Shown here: one piece after another, positions 57,455 to 64,000 of the stretch
How positions within the stretch are numbered: position 1 is the first letter of the stretch
Layout: each line of letters begins with the position of its first letter
From: an uncultured Acidimicrobiales bacterium
Lineage (GTDB): Bacteria > Actinomycetota > Acidimicrobiia > Acidimicrobiales > UBA10347
NCBI GenBank assembly: GCA_943788915.1
Contig: CALSSD010000010.1
Location: 186,001 to 250,000 of the forward strand
Length of the DNA stretch: 64,000 nt
Direction: 5' to 3'
Program-made: the position numbers and the translations under genes
Notes under the pieces: model-generated
What the model saw: only the letters and a program-made list of their open reading frames with translations
Database searches by the model: none
What the model was told of the DNA's origin: nothing

Positions 57455-58077
57455 TGGCCGACGATAGAGGTCGCAATAACGACCGAAATGATCGTAATGA
57501 CCGCGGTGGTCGCAACGATCGCGATAACGATGGTCTACGTGACTCACGTGTCATCAACATCAACCGTGTAGCCAAGGTCGTCAAGGGTGGTCGACGTTTC
57601 TCGTTCACCGCGCTTGTCGTGATCGGCGATGGCAACGGACGAGTCGGACTTGGGTACGGCAAGGCCAAGGAAGTTCCCTTGGCTATCCAAAAGGGCACGG
57701 AAGAAGCGAAGAACTCGCTGATCCATGTGCCACTTGCGGGAACGACGATCACCCACACCATTACCGGTCGCCTCGGCGCCGGTCGTGTGCTCCTCAAGCC
57801 TGCTGCCCCTGGTACCGGTGTTATCGCTGGTGGTGCGGCTCGCGTGATTCTCGAAGAAGCTGGCGTGCACGATGTGCTCTGCAAGTCACTCGGTTCCGCA
57901 AACCACATCAATGTCGCCCGTGCAACCATTGCTGGGCTCGCTGGCCTGAAACGTCCAGATGAGATCGCGATTCTCCGTGGCCTTGATCCAGAGGAATTCG
58001 TTCCCGGTGGTCTGTGGGCTGCGTACCTAGACACCAAGAAGAAGGGCTCAGTCTCGGCTGGGTCCAGCGAAGGCTGA
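57454..58077 (+). CDS. rpsE: 30S ribosomal protein S5
   Basis: [28 protein letters not shown]. Confidence 0.99.
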   Translation: MADDRGRNNDRNDRNDRGGRNDRDNDGLRDSRVININRVAKVVKGGRRFSFTALVVIGDGNGRVGLGYGKAKEVPLAIQKGTEEAKNSLIHVPLAGTTITHTITGRLGAGRVLLKPAAPGTGVIAGGAARVILEEAGVHDVLCKSLGSANHINVARATIAGLAGLKRPDEIAILRGLDPEEFVPGGLWAAYLDTKKKGSVSAGSSEG

Positions 58078-58082
58078 TCATC

Positions 58083-58280
58083 ATGGCCCAAACTGAAGCA
58101 ACACTTCGCGTCACCCAAACCCGGTCATCAATCGGCACGAAGCCAAAGCAACGAGGCACACTACGTGCGCTCGGGTTGCGCAAACTTGGCCAGTCGAATG
58201 ACTTGCCCGACCGCCCTGAAATCCGCGGCATGCTGGCCAAGGTTCCCCACCTGGTTAGCGTCGAAGAGATCTCCGACTAG
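58083..58280 (+). CDS. rpmD: 50S ribosomal protein L30
   Basis: [23 protein letters not shown]. Confidence 0.97.
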   Translation: MAQTEATLRVTQTRSSIGTKPKQRGTLRALGLRKLGQSNDLPDRPEIRGMLAKVPHLVSVEEISD

Positions 58281-58300
58281 AGAGTCTGAGAGGACGCCAC

Positions 58301-58786
58301 ATGAAGATTCATGATCTGAAGCCTGCAGAGGGCTCAAACAAACGCCGCAAGCGTGTCGGCCGAGGTATTGGTGCCAACGGTGGCAAGACTGCTGGCCGCG
58401 GTAGCAAGGGCCAGCGTGCACGTAACAACGTGCGTGTCGGCTTCGAAGGTGGCCAGATGCCACTCTTGCAGCGTGTTCCTAAGCTGCGAGGCTTCAACAA
58501 CCCATTTCGTGTTGAGTACCAGGCGATTAACCTGGACACAATCACAGAGTCAGGTTTGAGCGACGTCTCTCCTGAAACCCTGTACGCCAACGGCCTCATC
58601 GGCAAAGGCGCGCTGGTAAAGGTCCTCGGACGCGGCACCATTAGCGGTGCAGTGACGGTAACAGCGCACGCGTTCTCGGCTTCGGCCAAGAGCGCGATCG
58701 AGGCAGCGGGTGGCACAGCCATTGAGCTTCCTTCGCCTTACCGGGTTCGTCCTGCCGCCAACGGCAGCGCACACCAGAACCGCTAG
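58301..58786 (+). CDS. rplO: 50S ribosomal protein L15
   Basis: [24 protein letters not shown]. Confidence 0.98.
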   Translation: MKIHDLKPAEGSNKRRKRVGRGIGANGGKTAGRGSKGQRARNNVRVGFEGGQMPLLQRVPKLRGFNNPFRVEYQAINLDTITESGLSDVSPETLYANGLIGKGALVKVLGRGTISGAVTVTAHAFSASAKSAIEAAGGTAIELPSPYRVRPAANGSAHQNR

Positions 58787-58822
58787 CCAGCTCCGGCTGG
58801 CCTCGATCGGAGTAAGCACCCA

Positions 58823-60169
58823 ATGCTCAGCACCCTACGGAATATCGCCAATATTGGCCGCATTCCTGACCTTCGCAACAAGGTTCTCTTTACCTTGGCG
58901 ATGGTCGTCATCTACCGCATCGGCGCGTTCATCCCGTCGCCGGGCATCAACTTCGATGCTGTCGCGGCAATTCGAGCTCGTACCGAGCAAGAAGGTGGCG
59001 GCGTGCTCGACTTCTTGGCGCTTTTCTCGGGTGGCGCGTTGACGCAGATGGCGATTTTCGCTCTCGGCGTCTTCCCGTACATCACTGCCTCGATCATTAT
59101 GCAGATTCTTGGCATCGTGATTCCTCGCATCGAGCAATGGCAAAACCAAGGCGCAGTTGGTCAGCGAAAGATCACCCAGTGGACCCGTTACCTCACGATC
59201 GCCATTGCGGTCGTGCAGTCGACAGGCTTCGCCTTCTTGTTCAACCGCCAGGGCAACGGTTTCGGTACGGGATCGTCGGGTGAGTCCGGCAACGGTCTCG
59301 ATCTGCTTCCAAGCTTTACCGCACCCCGAGTCGGTCTCGTGGTTCTCACGCTTACTGCCGGCACTGCATTGTTGATGTGGATGGGTGAACTCATCACACA
59401 GAAGGGTGTTGGTAACGGCATCTCCATCATCATCTTCGCCTCGGTCATGACAACCATTCCCAACCAGTTTGTTGACGTCTTCAACAACGGTGGCTGGGGC
59501 TGGATCGCAATCATCATGGCGTTGTACATCGTGATGCTGGTAGCCATCGTCTTCATCGAGAACGGTCAGCGCCGCATCCCCGTCACGTTCTCCAAACGAG
59601 TCGTGGGTCGTAAACAATACGGTGGCACTTCGACCTATATCCCGCTCAAGGTCAACCAGAGCGGTGTTATCCCGATTATCTTCGCTTCGTCGGTGCTGTA
59701 TCTGCCTCAGCTGATCGCGGTTGTTCTTCCCTCGGGTTGGGGTGACTCGGTTCGTACGTTCGTAGACGAACGGCTGGTCAATCCGGCCGACCCGGTCTAT
59801 CTGATCATCTTTGGCCTCCTCATCATTGGCTTCGCCTACTTCTACACGGCGATTACCTTCGATCCGGTGAAGAAGGCCGACGAGCTTCGCCGTCAAGGTG
59901 GTCACATCGCCCCGTTGCGTCCAGGACCTGAGACTGAGCGGCACCTGTCGAAGATCCTGAGCAGAATCACGTTCCCTGGTGCACTCTTTATTGCGGTGGT
60001 TGCTTTGCTTCCTGCCGTAGCACTTGGTTTGGTTCTTCCTGCGGGCAGCACTGGCTTCTTCGGTTTCTCCGGCATCTCGATTCTGATCGCCGTAGGCGTT
60101 GGTCTTGAGACGATGAAGCAGATCGATAGCCAATTGATGATGCGTAACTACGAAGGGTTCCTGAAGTAA
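58823..60169 (+). CDS. secY: Preprotein translocase SecY
   Basis: PYITASII, GVGNGIS, YIPLKVN..GVIPIIFA, multiple TM helices. Confidence 0.99.
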   Translation: MLSTLRNIANIGRIPDLRNKVLFTLAMVVIYRIGAFIPSPGINFDAVAAIRARTEQEGGGVLDFLALFSGGALTQMAIFALGVFPYITASIIMQILGIVIPRIEQWQNQGAVGQRKITQWTRYLTIAIAVVQSTGFAFLFNRQGNGFGTGSSGESGNGLDLLPSFTAPRVGLVVLTLTAGTALLMWMGELITQKGVGNGISIIIFASVMTTIPNQFVDVFNNGGWGWIAIIMALYIVMLVAIVFIENGQRRIPVTFSKRVVGRKQYGGTSTYIPLKVNQSGVIPIIFASSVLYLPQLIAVVLPSGWGDSVRTFVDERLVNPADPVYLIIFGLLIIGFAYFYTAITFDPVKKADELRRQGGHIAPLRPGPETERHLSKILSRITFPGALFIAVVALLPAVALGLVLPAGSTGFFGFSGISILIAVGVGLETMKQIDSQLMMRNYEGFLK

Positions 60170-60189
60170 TTCAGGCCGGGGAACAGACT

Positions 60190-60786
60190 GTGGTACTACA
60201 TCTCGCAATATTCGGGCGCCAAGGCGCAGGCAAGGGCACCCAGAGCCAGCGCATCGTCGATGCGTATGGAGTGGTGCATATCTCCACCGGAGACATGCTC
60301 CGCGCTGCGATCGCAGACGAGACCGCACTTGGTCTCGCAGCGCAAAGCATCATGGACGAGGGTGGCTTGGTCGACGACGAAACAATGATAGGTATCGTTG
60401 GAGAACGCCTGGCACAACCAGACATAGTTGAGCGGGGAGTGTTGCTCGACGGCTTCCCTCGCACCCCAACCCAGGCCGACGAGCTTGTTCGTATCCTGGG
60501 CGAGCGTTCGATCGACGCTGCTATCAACCTTGAAGTTTCGATCGACGAGGTAACCGCCCGCATGCTCGAGCGTGGCCGCGACGATGACACCCCCGAAGCC
60601 ATCGCCAAACGGCTAGGCCTCTACGAATCACAAACCCGGCCGTTGTTGGACTGGTTCGATGAACGTGGGTTGTTGCTTGAAGTTGACGGACTCGGTGTCG
60701 AAGACGAGGTCTTTGGTCGAGTCCAGAGTGCCCTTGATGCCTGCGTAGCAGATGTCGAGGTTGTAGAAGGAGATAACGGGGAATAA
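60190..60786 (+). CDS. adk: Adenylate kinase (short-LID type)
   Basis: GAGKGTQ, HISTGDMLR, LDGFPRT, RGRDDD. Confidence 0.96.
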   Translation: MVLHLAIFGRQGAGKGTQSQRIVDAYGVVHISTGDMLRAAIADETALGLAAQSIMDEGGLVDDETMIGIVGERLAQPDIVERGVLLDGFPRTPTQADELVRILGERSIDAAINLEVSIDEVTARMLERGRDDDTPEAIAKRLGLYESQTRPLLDWFDERGLLLEVDGLGVEDEVFGRVQSALDACVADVEVVEGDNGE

Positions 60787-60907
60787 GATAGATCTCTGCG
60801 CGTGTTGGCTTCTAGTTGCCGCGCGTCGGGATGGCTCTAGTGGCTTGGCCACGCTCGGCTTGGCGCGATAGCGCCTCATCCCAACCCCTGAATGGAAAGT
60901 CAGCATC

Positions 60908-61129
60908 ATCGCTACCAAAGAAGACGCAATATTGATGGAAGGCACGGTTACTGAAAGCCTGCCTAATGCCATGTTTCGAGTAGAGCTCGACAACGGACAT
61001 GAACTCCTTGCCCATATCTCCGGCAAAATGCGGATGCATTACATCCGCATCCTGCCTGGCGACAAGGTGCAGGTCGAATTGACTCCGTATGACCTCAAAC
61101 GAGGTCGCATTACCTACCGCTACAAGTAG
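60908..61129 (+). CDS. infA: Translation initiation factor IF-1; probable ATC start
   Basis: [33 protein letters not shown]; conserved (M)ATKEDAI lies upstream of the first TTG/ATG. Confidence 0.95.
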   Translation: MATKEDAILMEGTVTESLPNAMFRVELDNGHELLAHISGKMRMHYIRILPGDKVQVELTPYDLKRGRITYRYK

Positions 61130-61212
61130 CGGCTAATCCCAGGTACCACCTGAACTCAGCAACGACTGAACTTCAGACACCTTCACCCCACTATCTCGAA
61201 CCTGAGTAGCAC

Positions 61213-61326
61213 ATGAAAGTACGACCAAGCGTCAAAAAAATGTGCGACAACTGCCGGATCATTCGCCGGCACCGTCGCATCCAGGTCATCTGCACCAATC
61301 CTCGACACAAGCAACGGCAGGGCTAG
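61213..61326 (+). CDS. rpmJ: 50S ribosomal protein L36 (zinc-binding form)
   Basis: [37 protein letters not shown], read directly; below the ORF-track size cut-off. Confidence 0.97.
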   Translation: MKVRPSVKKMCDNCRIIRRHRRIQVICTNPRHKQRQG

Positions 61327-61329
61327 AAC

Positions 61330-61707
61330 ATGGCACGTATTGCAGGCGTAGACATTCCTCGCGAAAAGCGCGTTGTCATCTCGCTCACCTATCTGTTTGG
61401 CATCGGTCCAACGACCTCAAAGCAGGTCCTGGCCGCATGTGAGATTGATGAGAGCATCCGGGTTCGCGACCTTGGCGATCAAGACATCGCCAAACTGCGG
61501 GCATACATCGAAGGAAACCTTCGTGTCGAGGGTGACCTTCGGCGTGAAGTTCAGCAAGACATCAAGCGCAAGATGGAGATCGGCTGTTACCAGGGCATCC
61601 GCCACCGCCGTGGTCTCCCCGTTCGTGGTCAGCGCACCCATACCAATGCTCGTACTCGCAAGGGTCCAAAGAAGACCGTAGCGGGTAAGAAAAAGGTGAT
61701 GAAGTAA
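61330..61707 (+). CDS. rpsM: 30S ribosomal protein S13
   Basis: [24 protein letters not shown]. Confidence 0.99.
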   Translation: MARIAGVDIPREKRVVISLTYLFGIGPTTSKQVLAACEIDESIRVRDLGDQDIAKLRAYIEGNLRVEGDLRREVQQDIKRKMEIGCYQGIRHRRGLPVRGQRTHTNARTRKGPKKTVAGKKKVMK

Positions 61708-62078
61708 TGGCAAAGCGTAAAGAGCGCCGAAACGTGCCGTATGGCGTCGTTCATATCAAGAGCTCGTTCAACAACACAATCATTTCGATCACCGATCAGG
61801 GCGGCAACGTCATCGCTTGGGCCTCCGCTGGTAGCGCTGGTTTCAAGGGATCACGCAAGAGCACCCCGTTCGCTGCGCAGACTGCCGCTGAATCCGCTGC
61901 CCGTAAGGCAATGGAGCAGGGCCTTCGCAAGGCAGATGTCGAGGTCACCGGCCCGGGTTCGGGTCGCGAGACCGCCATCCGTTCCATCCAGAATCTCGGC
62001 ATCGAGGTCACCGGCATCAAAGATGTTACGCCGGTCCCTCACAACGGTTGCCGCCCACCAAAGCGTCGGAGGGGCTGA
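61707..62078 (+). CDS. rpsK: 30S ribosomal protein S11
   Basis: [32 protein letters not shown]. Confidence 0.99.
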   Translation: MAKRKERRNVPYGVVHIKSSFNNTIISITDQGGNVIAWASAGSAGFKGSRKSTPFAAQTAAESAARKAMEQGLRKADVEVTGPGSGRETAIRSIQNLGIEVTGIKDVTPVPHNGCRPPKRRRG

Positions 62079-62695
62079 TGTCTCGTTATACAGGTCCAAA
62101 GGCGCGCGTAGCGCGTCGTCTCGGTACCAACATTTGGGGCACCAAGGGCGAAGCAGTCGCTCTGGACAAGCGCCCGTACCCGCCAGGCGAGCACGGGCGT
62201 ACCCGTCGTCGTGGCAATGTTTCTGAATACCTGATCCAGCTGCAAGAAAAGCAGAAGGCTCGCTTCACGTACGGTCTTACCGAGCGTCAATTCCGCAACC
62301 TGTACAAAGAAGCGAACCGCAAGCAGGGCGTGACAGGCGAGAACATGCTGCAGTTCTTGGAACTGCGGTTGGACAATTTGGTGTACCGAGTCGGTTGGGC
62401 AGCTACTCGCTCACAGGCTCGCCAGTTCGTGAACCACGGCCACATTAATGTGAATGGCCGTCGCGTGGATATCTGTAGCTACCGCCTGCGTAAGGGCGAT
62501 GTTGTCAGTGTTCGTCCAAAGAGCAAAGACAACCACACGTTCCAGTGGAACAACGACGTCGTTGACCGTCCGGCGCCGGCGTGGATTGACATGGCAGGCG
62601 AGGGCTGGGAAGCCACCGTCCGTTCACGTCCGATCCGCGAACAGATTGATGTTCCCATTCGGGAATCATTGATCGTCGAGTTGTACAGCAAGTAG
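62078..62695 (+). CDS. rpsD: 30S ribosomal protein S4
   Basis: YPPGEHG, SEY..QL.EKQK, LELRLDN, IVELYSK. Confidence 0.99.
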   Translation: MSRYTGPKARVARRLGTNIWGTKGEAVALDKRPYPPGEHGRTRRRGNVSEYLIQLQEKQKARFTYGLTERQFRNLYKEANRKQGVTGENMLQFLELRLDNLVYRVGWAATRSQARQFVNHGHINVNGRRVDICSYRLRKGDVVSVRPKSKDNHTFQWNNDVVDRPAPAWIDMAGEGWEATVRSRPIREQIDVPIRESLIVELYSK

Positions 62696-62754
62696 AAGCG
62701 ACTGCTCCTGCGTGACTGCAGGGCATAGTCCTCCAACCCCGAGGTGACCAACGG

Positions 62755-63693
62755 ATGCTTGTCATTCAACGACCGACCGTCGATGCCGTCAATGACGAAT
62801 CGACCAACCGGCAAAAATTTGCGATTGGGCCCCTTGAGCCGGGGTTCGGTCACACATTAGGGAATTCGTTGCGGCGTACGCTGCTTTCGTCTATCCCTGG
62901 TGCAGCGATTACCCAGATCCGTATCGACGGTGCTTTGCACGAGTTCGACACGCTTCCTGGCATTGCAGAAGATGTCACTGACATCATTCTCAATATCAAG
63001 GATGTGGTGCTGATTAGCCACAGTAATGAACCAGTAGTGGTTCGTCTGGATGTAGCAGGACCGGCGACGGTGACTGCTGCCGATTTGCAGACGACCCCCG
63101 AGGTTGAAATTCTCAATCCTGATCTGGTTATTGCAACGCTCAACGAGAAGGCTCGTCTTGCCTGCGATCTCACGATCGAGCGCGGCGCTGGTTATTTATC
63201 AGCCGCCGATCAGGACACCGGTGGCGCCATTGGCCTCATCCCGGTCGACGCAATCTTTTCACCTGTTCGCCGAGTGAGCTTCAACGTTGACGCTGCTCGT
63301 GTAGAACAGTCCACGAACTTTGACCGTCTGGTGCTTGATATCCAGACCGATGGTTCGATCTCGCCTCGTGATGCTCTGGCCTCGGCCGGTGCAACGCTGC
63401 GCAGCATCGTCCAACTCGTGGAAGAGATGAGCGACGAGCCAGAAGGACTCGAATTGGCCGAAGCCACGGCAACCGCTAGCGGTTCGCCTGACCTTGACCT
63501 TCCAATCGAAGATCTCGAACTTTCCGAACGCCCCCGCAACTGTCTCAAGCGTGCTCAGGTCAATACCATTGGCGAGCTGCTTGAAAAGTCGATCGATGAC
63601 CTGTTGGCAATCACCAACTTTGGTCAGAAGTCGCTCGACGAGGTTGCCCAGAAGCTTGACGAGCGTGGACTTTCGCTCGCCACACGGAGCTGA
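62755..63693 (+). CDS. rpoA: RNA polymerase alpha subunit
   Basis: PLEPGFGHTLGNSLRRTLLSS, DAIFSPV, NCLKRA, NFGQKSL. Confidence 0.99.
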   Translation: MLVIQRPTVDAVNDESTNRQKFAIGPLEPGFGHTLGNSLRRTLLSSIPGAAITQIRIDGALHEFDTLPGIAEDVTDIILNIKDVVLISHSNEPVVVRLDVAGPATVTAADLQTTPEVEILNPDLVIATLNEKARLACDLTIERGAGYLSAADQDTGGAIGLIPVDAIFSPVRRVSFNVDAARVEQSTNFDRLVLDIQTDGSISPRDALASAGATLRSIVQLVEEMSDEPEGLELAEATATASGSPDLDLPIEDLELSERPRNCLKRAQVNTIGELLEKSIDDLLAITNFGQKSLDEVAQKLDERGLSLATRS

Positions 63694-63699
63694 TTCCCC

Positions 63700-64000
63700 A
63701 TGCCAGCAACCCCAAAAAAGGGCCGCCGTTTCGGTGGTAGCTCGCAACACCAGAAGCTGATGATGGCTAACCTGGTTTCATCGCTCGTCGCCGCTGAGGC
63801 GATCGAGACGACCGAAGCCAAGGCTAAGGCCATGCGCCCGATCGCTGAAAAGATGATCACCAAGGCGAAAAAGGGTGGCCTCCATAACCACCGGCAGCTC
63901 CTCAAGTTCCTTGACGATCGCGAGATCGCCCAGAAACTGATCGATGAAGTCGGTCCCCGTTATGCGGACCGTCCGGGTGGTTACACCCGTATCTACAAGC
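63700..64000 (+). CDS. rplQ: 50S ribosomal protein L17, 3'-partial
   Basis: MPATPKKGRRFGGS..H, IETTEAKAK, RPGGYTRI. Confidence 0.97.
   Translation, partial: MPATPKKGRRFGGSSQHQKLMMANLVSSLVAAEAIETTEAKAKAMRPIAEKMITKAKKGGLHNHRQLLKFLDDREIAQKLIDEVGPRYADRPGGYTRIYK

Noticed and set aside
58835..60328. Long antisense ORFs (e.g. 497 aa opposite secY, 449 aa opposite mrp, 408 aa opposite hom, 396 aa opposite rpoB)
   Set aside because: Shadow ORFs expected from high-GC codon bias; no recognisable motifs.
60787..60900. Absence of map between adk and infA
   Set aside because: Relocation of map is common, so this is not notable on its own.

Overview
Core-genome window of a high-GC actinobacterium, most plausibly class Acidimicrobiia (inferred from WhiB, DUF3107, the SCO1664/DUF3090 cluster, long-insert Rho and RpoB/RpoC features). 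In order it holds: housekeeping genes (add, mrp, whiB, etfBA, udgB, an orphan FrhB-family Fe-S flavoprotein, tRNA-Arg); a partial Tad pilus locus; malic enzyme; argS-lysA-hom-thrC-(GNAT)-thrH-rho; rpoB-rpoC; ung; engB; the str operon plus rpsJ; an inserted ABC exporter pair; and the rest of the S10-spc-alpha cluster up to a partial rplQ. I see no phage, transposase, CRISPR or rRNA. Most notable observations: (1) RpoC has lost all four cysteines of the second (Zn II) zinc site and has Pro at the conserved bridge-helix His; (2) infA appears to start at a non-canonical ATC; (3) a dispersed family of ~42-43 bp palindromes with shared termini sits after stop codons; (4) a ~400 nt densely structured non-coding stretch follows rpoC; (5) thrH occupies the thrB slot; (6) the S10 operon is split between rpsJ and rplC. 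Nine single-base +1 frameshifts, two of them in essential argS, cluster in two blocks and are most likely assembly errors. All calls were made by eye; no searches or folding programs were run.
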